Assembly (NCBI GenBank): GCA_964616855.1
Contig: CAZTUJ010000001.1
Span: 524,784-588,783, forward strand
DNA length: 64,000 bases
Origin: an uncultured Gammaproteobacteria bacterium
GTDB lineage: Bacteria; Patescibacteriota; Patescibacteriia; Patescibacteriales; UBA12465
Reading direction: 5' to 3'
Made by a program: the position numbers and the translations under genes. The notes under the pieces were generated by a model, which ran no database searches, had not been told where the DNA came from, and saw nothing but the letters and a program-made list of their open reading frames with translations. Shown piece by piece: positions 45,247-52,171 of the stretch. Position 1 is the first letter of the stretch, and each line of letters starts with the position of its first letter.

Positions 45247-45650
45247 ATTTTTTTAGCTAAGAGCGAAGCCAAACTACGTTTGGCCAAGCTTTGTTTGATA
45301 TCGCCCAGCAACAAGGGCCAAGCACTTTTCAAGCCACATTCCTTAAAATGCGGACAAGTCTTGGCTTCACCGTGGGCACAACGGACCTTAATTTCGCCCG
45401 ACAAGGCTTCTAAGATTTCTAAAACTTTTATTTTCTCAGCGGGGCGAGCTAGATAATAGCCGCCACCTGACCCCTCTCGACTCTTAACCAAACCAGCCGC
45501 TGATAGGGATTTAGCAATCTGACTGAGATAAGGAGAAGACACCCCCAAGCTCTTGGCCAGCGGGGATAAAGGCACAACCTGGCCGGAAAAATTAGCTAAT
45601 TGCAGCATGATTAAGAGACCGTAGTCGGTTTTGGCACTAATTTGAAACAT
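45243..45650 (-). CDS. Rrf2-family transcriptional regulator (IscR/SufR-like, with Cys ligands)
   Basis: 135 aa. Winged HTH (SPYLSQIAKSLSAAGLVKSREGSGGGY) and a C-x6-C-x5-C cluster (RCAHGEAKTCPHFKEC). First gene of the suf operon. Confidence 0.9.
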   Translation of the reverse strand: MFQISAKTDYGLLIMLQLANFSGQVVPLSPLAKSLGVSSPYLSQIAKSLSAAGLVKSREGSGGGYYLARPAEKIKVLEILEALSGEIKVRCAHGEAKTCPHFKECGLKSAWPLLLGDIKQSLAKRSLASLLAKKI

Positions 45651-45664
45651 AGAATAATAAAAGT

Positions 45665-45710
45665 TTAACTATAAGTAAATACATTATAGTTAATTCTCTA
45701 AAAAAATCAA
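45665..45710 (-). promoter_or_regulatory. Putative suf promoter with an overlapping 10-bp inverted repeat (candidate Rrf2 operator)
   Basis: Minus strand: TTGATT (45710..45705), 16-nt spacer, TATAAT (45688..45683). A perfect inverted repeat, TTAACTATAA-9 nt-TTATAGTTAA (45665..45693), spans the -10 element, 15-45 nt upstream of the Rrf2 ATG. Confidence 0.5.
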
Positions 45711-45718
45711 GCACTAAG

Positions 45719-45995
45719 AAAAAAGGCTGTCACGAACGAATCGCAACAGCCCGCCTTTTTCGGACCTAAAGATACCGATGAGCGTTGTATCAAGCCCGAA
45801 AAGACAAAACTAGTGAACTAAAAAGAACTATCTGCCGCGCACGACAGGTCATGGTCCTTTTCCCCAAGATCGCACCCGGGGGCAAGTTCGACTAGTAACC
45901 TTAAACGTATTTCCAAAATACCTATCAAAACCACCGTAGGAAAAATAGGTAATATCTGGAAATAATATAAAGAACGGTCACCTCCTTATACAGTT
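45719..45995 (-). ncRNA. Candidate ~275-nt structured RNA, family not recognised (stand-alone ncRNA or suf leader)
   Basis: Flanked by the consensus promoter at 46002..46030 and the terminator GGCUGU-15 nt-ACAGCC plus U6 (45751..45719). Contains several strong hairpins (plus coordinates 45908..45964, 45810..45895 including 45832..45847, and 45757..45802). No ORF of 60 aa or more on either strand. Confidence 0.5.
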
Positions 45996-46001
45996 ATCCC
46001 T

Positions 46002-46030
46002 ATTATAGTCAGGGGCTAGGAGCCTGTCAA
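46002..46030 (-). promoter_or_regulatory. Perfect-consensus sigma70-type promoter of the candidate RNA
   Basis: Minus strand: TTGACA (46030..46025), 17-nt spacer (ggctcctagcccctgac), TATAAT (46007..46002). Confidence 0.6.
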
Positions 46031-46033
46031 ATC

Positions 46034-46055
46034 AAAAAGCTCCAGGATTGGAGCT
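46034..46055 (-). terminator. Terminator of the PurM-like gene
   Basis: Minus strand: AGCUCCA-AUCC-UGGAGCU followed by UUUUUGAU, 26 nt after the stop at 46081. Confidence 0.7.
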
Positions 46056-46080
46056 TTTCTTTTACAAAAAATAACAAATC

Positions 46081-47259
46081 TTAATATTGAAACTCCCCAA
46101 AAGGAGTGCGCAGGATTACCTCATTTTGAGGTTGGAGAGAGTCAACGCATTCACCCAAAACTGGAGCCTGGAGCTGACAGAATTTAGCGGTCTCTTCAAC
46201 GGCGGCCAGAAATACTTTATCCGGTTCACCAATGATATCGATACCGATACCGCCATTAAATGATCGGTACATGTTGCGCCAAAGCTCTTTGCTTTCTGTT
46301 TTAATTAAGCGGAAAATGGGCGGAGGCGGAGGCATGTGTTTGCGATAAGTAATACCACCAGTACCAACGCGGCGGATTTTAGTGGCGCCGCCGCCAGTGT
46401 TCATGCTAATACCATGCAGAAATTGCAAAGCACCAGCTTCTTTGAGTAAGTCAATCAATTTCTTGATGACGAAGGCCCACTGACGTGTAGGCGAGGTTAA
46501 AGCCTCTCCCACCGACATCCCGGATAATTCCTGGAGGTAGTCATTACTCAAATAGCGACCGCGATAGGCATTACGCCCTCTAAGCTGCGGGTATTTCTGA
46601 TTGTAGTCCGTCCGCATTAAGACGGTGCGGCCCATGGTCAGGCCGTTGGACATAATACCAGAGTTAAGTTGGTCCTCCCACGACGCTTGGCCATCACTTT
46701 GGAAGCCAAAGATAATGTCGCCCGCCCGTACATTGCCAGTGATTAACTCAGATTTCTGATTCCAGGCAGTGACGGCAACGTTGAAAACGCCGCTGAGCAC
46801 CTGATCAGGAAGATCGGCGGTCTCGCCGCCGAGAAATTTAATCTGGAAGCCATGGTCTTCATAAAGGGACAAAACTTCCTGAAATCTTCTAGCGACAGCG
46901 GACATAACTACTTTCTTTAAATCTCCCGGTAGGCTTAAATCAAGCACATCGGAAATAATCCAGGGCCCAGAAACGAAACCACTGGCAGCGATATCACCGG
47001 CATTCATACCGATTCCATCATCAACCATGCCGCCAAAAATATTGGCATTGCCGGTTTCATAATAATGCAAAAGCCGCTGGATGAATTTACTGCCATCACC
47101 GTCCTGATGTTGAGTGAGGGCACGGGTAGGGTCAAAGGGGTCCGTGACAATGTTCACGAAAGCCCCAGGGTACTCATTGTTGATAATTTTTTCAAAAGCT
47201 TCTCTGACAGAATCTTTGTCGGGGTCAACGCCCATGTTTTCATACTGGCTATTATTCAT
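46081..47259 (-). CDS. PurM-like protein (AIR synthase-related family), divergent
   Basis: NMGVDPDKDSVREAF, QDGDGSKF, GGETADLP and MYRSFNGGIGIDI are collinear with PurM motifs. Start set at MNNSQYENMG (47259), because the track's upstream extension contains the preceding gene's terminator. Confidence 0.7.
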   Translation of the reverse strand: MNNSQYENMGVDPDKDSVREAFEKIINNEYPGAFVNIVTDPFDPTRALTQHQDGDGSKFIQRLLHYYETGNANIFGGMVDDGIGMNAGDIAASGFVSGPWIISDVLDLSLPGDLKKVVMSAVARRFQEVLSLYEDHGFQIKFLGGETADLPDQVLSGVFNVAVTAWNQKSELITGNVRAGDIIFGFQSDGQASWEDQLNSGIMSNGLTMGRTVLMRTDYNQKYPQLRGRNAYRGRYLSNDYLQELSGMSVGEALTSPTRQWAFVIKKLIDLLKEAGALQFLHGISMNTGGGATKIRRVGTGGITYRKHMPPPPPIFRLIKTESKELWRNMYRSFNGGIGIDIIGEPDKVFLAAVEETAKFCQLQAPVLGECVDSLQPQNEVILRTPFGEFQY

Positions 47260-47361
47260 GCTGATAGGGATTAGGGTGAGTATTAAGATGATTTTTTTAA
47301 GAACGATTAATAGGTTGACATTAATATAAAAATGAAAAATAGTCAAATGGAAAGAGTCCAC

Positions 47362-47388
47362 AAAAAACAGGCCATCAGCCTGTTTTTT
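47362..47388 (-). terminator. Terminator of the DMT-riboflavin kinase gene
   Basis: AAAAAACAGGC-5 nt loop-GCCUGUUUUUU, 19 nt after the stop at 47407. Confidence 0.7.
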
Positions 47389-47406
47389 AGATAAAACCAT
47401 TATATA

Positions 47407-48705
47407 TTATTTGAGCCCTAGCCTTTCCAAAGCTCGCCAATCATCAGCAATGGCCGCCAACAACTCATCCTTACCGGCAAATTTCTGCACTTCCCTAATT
47501 TTCTCTACCACCGTCACAGTCAAAGTCTGACCATAGATATCTTGAGAAAAATCTTTAATCAAAACCTCCAGCGACACCGCGGCGGCAAAAATATCCTTAA
47601 AGCCAAAGTGCATTAAGCCCTGATAATTCTTTCCCTCCCAGGAAACCATCACGGCATAAATGCCATGAGGAATATCCAAGTCATTCTTATCAAGATTAGC
47701 CGTGGGCAAACCAATACTCCGACCCTTGCCTTGGCCGGCAATCACCTTAGCAGAAAAAATAATTTTCTTGGGACGGCTTAAAGCCGAAACTTTAAAGAAG
47801 ACAAACAATAAAACCAGAAAGGCTAAACTCTGAGCCCAATTCAAATAGCTATCATTAAAAATATAGTCGAGAATCAAAGCCGAGAAAGGCCAAAACAATT
47901 CTAAGATGGTGGCCGCCGAAGCACTTAAACGGCGCAGGCCGAAATAATAGATAAACATCGCCCCCGCGCCGCTAGTCAAAACAATGATAACCAGCAACTG
48001 CCACTGCCCGCTACTAATTGTCTGGGTTAAACCAGCCGTCCCGCTGATTACTATCAAGATTAAAGCTAAAACGGAGGTGAGACCGAAACGCAGAGCCGCC
48101 ACCGCCTTGTAGTCCAAATGATTAGCGATGCGCTTGCCAAAAACCGTGGAAGAGCCAAAAGCAAAAGCGGCAATGAAAGCAAACAAAGCGGCGTTATGGC
48201 GCCAGTCAATAGCCATGACATTTAAACCATTTTGCCCAAAAGCTAAAACGTAGCTAGCAATAATTGCTAAAGCCGCCCAAAGATAGAAAGTCCGGGGTAA
48301 TTTTTCTTTCAGTACCAAACGAGCCAAGAGCAAGGCAAAGACCGGCTGCAATTTTTGCAAAATCACCACCGTCGCAAAACTAACTTCCCCGTCCATGGCC
48401 GCAAAGAAAGCTTTAGTAATATAGATGGTGCCAATTAAACCACCAAACAAACTAATCCAAAAAACCGCCGCCCAGCTTTTTCGACTCAGCGTCTTAATTT
48501 TTGCCCGGTAAATATAGAGAAAGGGGCTCAAGACAATGAAGCCGAGAAAATGCTCCCAAAAAACCACCAAGCTGGCGGGCAGGATATAGAATTGCGGCCG
48601 CCAAAACATACCGTCCAAACTCCAAAGGAGGGCGGCCAGCATAATGGCTAAGGCACCGGCTAATTGTCCGGGCTTTAATATTTTTTTCATTCCGATAATT
48701 GACAT
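47407..48705 (-). CDS. Fusion protein: EamA/DMT 10-TM permease plus a C-terminal riboflavin kinase domain
   Basis: 432 aa. Residues ~1-315 form two EamA repeats with about 10 TM helices. Residues ~318-432 (KVIAGQGKGRSIGLPTANLD...GIYAVMV...LEVLIKDFSQDIYGQTLTVTVVEKIREVQKF...ELLAAIADD) match the RibF C-terminal kinase domain. An alternative start at MKKILKPG (48690) is possible. Confidence 0.75.
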   Translation of the reverse strand: MSIIGMKKILKPGQLAGALAIMLAALLWSLDGMFWRPQFYILPASLVVFWEHFLGFIVLSPFLYIYRAKIKTLSRKSWAAVFWISLFGGLIGTIYITKAFFAAMDGEVSFATVVILQKLQPVFALLLARLVLKEKLPRTFYLWAALAIIASYVLAFGQNGLNVMAIDWRHNAALFAFIAAFAFGSSTVFGKRIANHLDYKAVAALRFGLTSVLALILIVISGTAGLTQTISSGQWQLLVIIVLTSGAGAMFIYYFGLRRLSASAATILELFWPFSALILDYIFNDSYLNWAQSLAFLVLLFVFFKVSALSRPKKIIFSAKVIAGQGKGRSIGLPTANLDKNDLDIPHGIYAVMVSWEGKNYQGLMHFGFKDIFAAAVSLEVLIKDFSQDIYGQTLTVTVVEKIREVQKFAGKDELLAAIADDWRALERLGLK

Positions 48706-48809
48706 AATGGCCGATAAAAAGATAGAACATCGGTCCTATCTTTTTATTTTAGCTCCAAATCTAAAAATAGAGGAGCCTGAACTAATATTTGCTACTGAGG
48801 ACCCTGGCC

Positions 48810-49532
48810 TTAAGCTTTCTTCTTCTTGGCCGGGGCTTTCTTGACTTTAACTTCTTTGACTTTAGCTTCTTTCTTCACAACCTTAACTGCCTTTTCTTTT
48901 TTCGGAGCAATTACCGCTGCTACTTCCTTAACTACCTTTTCAACAGCTGCGACTACTGGTTTCTTTTCTGCTTTTTCCTCCCGAACATTGCCGCCCTTCA
49001 AAAGGTTCATAATCTGATCAAGCTTGGCGTGGATAGCGGTAAGTTCGTCCTGATGACCATCATGGGACTTCTGGGGCTTACGGCCCTGATCAGCGCCATG
49101 AAAACATTCGGAACAGAAAATTGGCTTACCAGCGGTCGGACGGAAAGGAACTTCGCAGTCATTGCCGCACTCCTGACAAACAGCGTGGAACATTTCTTTT
49201 TCAGCGCGGTCAAAGTCACGGCTGCCACGATCGAAATCGCGACCACCACGATCACGTCCGCCGAAAGCAGGACGGTCGTTACCGCCTTTTTGCACAGAGA
49301 AACAGGAACTGCAAAGAACCGGTTTCGTACCATTCGGACGAAAAGGAACTTCACAATCGTTGCCGCAATCACTGCAGATTGCTTTATGCATAGTTGGGCG
49401 CTCTGAATCGCGACCACCGCGGCCGCCGAAGCCACCACGATCACCGAAACCGCCCCGGGAGGAACCCCCGAAACCACCGCGCGAAGAACCACCGAAACCG
49501 CCCGGTTTTCTCGGACTCTTAAAATCTTTCAT
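48810..49532 (-). CDS. CxxC-x17-CxxC zinc-ribbon protein with an RGG-rich N-terminus and a Lys-rich C-terminus
   Basis: 240 aa. Two copies of C-x2-CGNDCEVPFRP-x6-8-C-x2-CF, N-terminal GGFGGSSRGGFG repeats and a C-terminal KKEAKVKEVKVKKAPAKKKKA tail. Confidence 0.8.
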   Translation of the reverse strand: MKDFKSPRKPGGFGGSSRGGFGGSSRGGFGDRGGFGGRGGRDSERPTMHKAICSDCGNDCEVPFRPNGTKPVLCSSCFSVQKGGNDRPAFGGRDRGGRDFDRGSRDFDRAEKEMFHAVCQECGNDCEVPFRPTAGKPIFCSECFHGADQGRKPQKSHDGHQDELTAIHAKLDQIMNLLKGGNVREEKAEKKPVVAAVEKVVKEVAAVIAPKKEKAVKVVKKEAKVKEVKVKKAPAKKKKA

Positions 49533-49665
49533 AATGTAATGATAAATTTATTAATTATATTAGCTAAACAAGAGACAAGCGGCGAGGCCATGTCTCCAGG
49601 TAGCGTTATCGTACCACAGAAATGCAATTATGGGAAATGGCAAGGGTAAGTCCGGCTTAACTTGG

Positions 49666-49968
49666 CTAAAAACTAAAACTGAGTGTTCCTGCCTCCTGAC
49701 TGAAAAATAGGTAGAGACAATAAAGGAGAGCAAGGTTCTCAATAATCAAAAGGGGGATGCCAAGGAGAAAATACCAAGTGCGGGTTTTATGTCGGCAGGC
49801 AAACATACCGGCGTAGACGCCGACTGCCCCCAAAGCCGTGGCCAGGAAAAAAAGCAGCCCCTCAGAAAGGCGTTCCTGACTGCCCCGAACCGCTTTCGCT
49901 TTATCAACTAACATTAAAACGAAAGCAAAGACGTTGAAGATAATAAAAGCGGCCAAATAATAGTTCAT
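49666..49968 (-). CDS. DUF1294 family small membrane protein
   Basis: 100 aa, 3 TM. MLVDKAKA-x-RG-x-RLSE...GA-x-G-x-YAGMFACRHKTR pattern. Confidence 0.7.
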   Translation of the reverse strand: MNYYLAAFIIFNVFAFVLMLVDKAKAVRGSQERLSEGLLFFLATALGAVGVYAGMFACRHKTRTWYFLLGIPLLIIENLALLYCLYLFFSQEAGTLSFSF

Positions 49969-49984
49969 AAAAATAATCTAAAAA

Positions 49985-51283
49985 CTAATAAGCTAAACGA
50001 TTCTGACCTTTTAAAGCCCGAGGAGTGATATTGACCCGCGCCTCTTCGGACAAAAGAATTAATTCCCGATCAAAAGCAAAAACCTGAGGGTCTAACTTAT
50101 AGGCCATCTCATTAATACCTAATAAATATAAACCAGCCAGACTACTTAAACGAGAAAGAGCGACATAGCCCATGCCGTAGCCAAAGGAACGGCTTAAATC
50201 AATCTCCGCCGCCTCCAAAGTCATGCCCTGACTCTTGTGAACACTAATTGCCCAGGCTAAACGTAAAGGAAGCTGATTGATGCGGGCTAAAATTTTGTCA
50301 TCATCGTCAATAGTCCAACTATCAGGACCAACCACAATCTCTTCGCCACTACGCAAGCGCACGATGGGAAAATTATATTCATCAAAAGCCACTACCACGC
50401 CAGTAGTGCCATTAACATAAACCGCTTTCTCCTCCTTAAATTTATTTTTCACAAACATCACTAAAGCTCCTTTCTTTAACACTAAATCCGAGGGGGCGAG
50501 ACAACTCTTCTGCAAAGTCGCCACCAATTTTTTATCGCCACTATTAGTCATGTGATAGACATGAGCTTCAGCTTCAATTAAATCTAGCTCTTGATTGTTA
50601 ATGCGATCAACATCAACGTTATGGGTAAACAGACGTACCGGGCTAATTCCCTTTGGCCTTTCTTTAATCCGATTCTGCAAAAGAGCGATTGTCTCCGCGC
50701 CAACCTCATCGCGACGCAGACTCCCTAAAATCCTCGTCATCTTCTCGTCGTTTTGCCGATGCTGTTCTTCTAAATAGCAAACGCGGATATCCATCTCCGG
50801 CCAGACTTGGGCTTTGTACACAAACTCCGCCTCTTCATTGCCAGGAGAAATTGGCGGCAACTGAAAAAAGTCGCCGGACAGTACCACCTGCAAACCGCCA
50901 AAGGGCAGAAAATTCTTTTTCAAAACCTGGCAGACCTGATTAACCATATCCAAGCGGTGAGCATGGAGCATGGAAATTTCGTCGATAATTAAAACCTCAG
51001 TTTTTTCAAATTGTTTTTTGAGATAAGCTTTCTTGGCTAAGGATTGCAGGTCCCGCTGACTCAAACTATCTTTAATGCCAATCCCGGCCCAAGAATGAAT
51101 GGTGCGACCACCAATATGAGTAGCGGCGATGCCAGTGGAGGCGGTAATAGCGACGCCAATTCCCTTCTTCTTGAGATAAGCACTATATTGATTCAATAAA
51201 AAAGTCTTGCCACTACCGGCCGGACCGGTTAACAGCACATTATGACCTGCCTCTAAAATTCTCAATGCTTCCTTCTGTTTCAT
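49985..51283 (-). CDS. PIF1/RecD-like SF1 DNA helicase
   Basis: 432 aa. Walker A (GPAGSGKTF), IIDEISM and a C-terminal SVHKSQGMT motif. Confidence 0.85.
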   Translation of the reverse strand: MKQKEALRILEAGHNVLLTGPAGSGKTFLLNQYSAYLKKKGIGVAITASTGIAATHIGGRTIHSWAGIGIKDSLSQRDLQSLAKKAYLKKQFEKTEVLIIDEISMLHAHRLDMVNQVCQVLKKNFLPFGGLQVVLSGDFFQLPPISPGNEEAEFVYKAQVWPEMDIRVCYLEEQHRQNDEKMTRILGSLRRDEVGAETIALLQNRIKERPKGISPVRLFTHNVDVDRINNQELDLIEAEAHVYHMTNSGDKKLVATLQKSCLAPSDLVLKKGALVMFVKNKFKEEKAVYVNGTTGVVVAFDEYNFPIVRLRSGEEIVVGPDSWTIDDDDKILARINQLPLRLAWAISVHKSQGMTLEAAEIDLSRSFGYGMGYVALSRLSSLAGLYLLGINEMAYKLDPQVFAFDRELILLSEEARVNITPRALKGQNRLAY

Positions 51284-51363
51284 ATTTCCTATTATAGTAT
51301 GAATACCTTAGATACACAAAAGCGGGCAGTTAAAGCCCGCTTTCATTATTTCTTTTTCTCGGT

Positions 51364-52104
51364 CTAGCGTAAAATATAGCCACCATCCACCACTAAGGTC
51401 TGACCAGTGATATAGTCGGCACCAGCGGAAGCCAAGAAAGCCACAGCGGCGGCAATATCCTCTGGCTGACCCATGCGGCCCCAAGGAATATTACTGTTCA
51501 TCTGCTTTTTTGCTTCTTCCGTCATCGCCCCGGTAGCGCCCGGAGTTTCAATTGCTCCCGGCGCAACGTTGTTAACATTGATTTTCTTTTCTGCTAGTTC
51601 TAAGGCTAAAGCCCGGGTCATGCCATTCATCCCCCCTTTAGAAGCACAGTAGTGAGTAAGGCCGGCAAAACCAACAAAGGAGGCAATGGAAGAAATATTA
51701 ACAATCTTTCCGCCCGCCGGCATAATCTTAGCGGCCGCTTGGGCAGTGAAGAAAATACTTTTCAAGTTAACATCAATTACCTTGTCCCACTCGCTTTCTG
51801 ACATTTCCAAGAAAGGCTTAAAAGGATAAATGCCAGCATTGTTAACCAAGATGTCTAAAGCTCCGAACTTAGCAGTGGCCTCAGCCATTAACTTGTCCAC
51901 CGCTTCCTTTTGGGAAACATCACACTGCACGGCTAAGGCCTGAGCACCCTGCTTTTCTAATTCCGCCACTACGCTCAGACAGTCTTCGTGATTAAGATCA
52001 CTGACGACTACTTTTGCCCCTTCACGCGCCAGCATTAAAGCGATACCCCGGCCAATGCCTCGGCCCGCTCCGGTAACGATGGCGACTTTGTCTTTTAAGA
52101 TCAT
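51364..52104 (-). CDS. Short-chain dehydrogenase/reductase (FabG-like)
   Basis: 246 aa. [12 protein letters not shown] and YxxxK (YCASK) motifs. Confidence 0.9.
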   Translation of the reverse strand: MILKDKVAIVTGAGRGIGRGIALMLAREGAKVVVSDLNHEDCLSVVAELEKQGAQALAVQCDVSQKEAVDKLMAEATAKFGALDILVNNAGIYPFKPFLEMSESEWDKVIDVNLKSIFFTAQAAAKIMPAGGKIVNISSIASFVGFAGLTHYCASKGGMNGMTRALALELAEKKINVNNVAPGAIETPGATGAMTEEAKKQMNSNIPWGRMGQPEDIAAAVAFLASAGADYITGQTLVVDGGYILR

Positions 52105-52171
52105 AAAGTTGAAAGATTAATAAGCTATATGGATATTATAGCAAAAAAGGGACAGAAATTACAGCCGAAGA

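Noticed and set aside
45790-45852. A 20-codon ORF (MTCRARQIVLFSSLVLSFRA) inside the candidate RNA.
   Set aside because: It has no properly spaced Shine-Dalgarno (AAGGA lies only 2-3 nt from the ATG). It lies within strongly paired stems, and the product has no notable features. It is left as a remote possibility only.
45832-45870. The plus-strand CAGGUCAUGGUCC resembles the 5' side of SRP RNA helix 8 (CAGGUCAGGUCC).
   Set aside because: The expected GGAA tetraloop and the GGAAGCAGC 3' side are absent (the sequence continues UUUUCCCCAAG). The promoter and terminator signals are on the opposite strand.
45975-45990. The plus-strand sequence cggtcacctccttata resembles the 3' terminus of 16S rRNA (…GATCACCTCCTTA), with ccgtagg about 40 nt upstream.
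   Set aside because: No other 16S-like sequence surrounds it, and there is no rRNA operon context. It is better explained as the reverse complement of the Shine-Dalgarno-like UAAGGAGGUGACC at the 5' end of the minus-strand candidate RNA.
47260-47400. A 47-aa hydrophobic N-terminal extension of the PurM-like ORF, which would suggest a membrane-anchored or secreted PurM.
   Set aside because: The extension contains the intrinsic terminator of the upstream gene (47362..47388) and a promoter-like element. Translation most likely starts at 47259.
48706-48809. I expected an FMN (RFN) riboswitch upstream of the permease-riboflavin-kinase fusion.
   Set aside because: The spacer is only ~100 nt. It is occupied mainly by the terminator hairpin of the upstream gene (AAAAAGAUAG...CUAUCUUUUU), and none of the conserved RFN core segments are visible.
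48789-49492. Several long overlapping ORFs on both strands (48789..49406 +, 48826..49017 +, 49007..49492 -, 49121..49393 +) across the zinc-ribbon protein gene.
   Set aside because: Their products are low-complexity (F/L-rich or V/A-rich) mirror frames produced by the GGN/AAR-rich repeats of the real gene. Only the 48810..49532 minus frame gives the recognisable duplicated CxxC-x17-CxxC motif.
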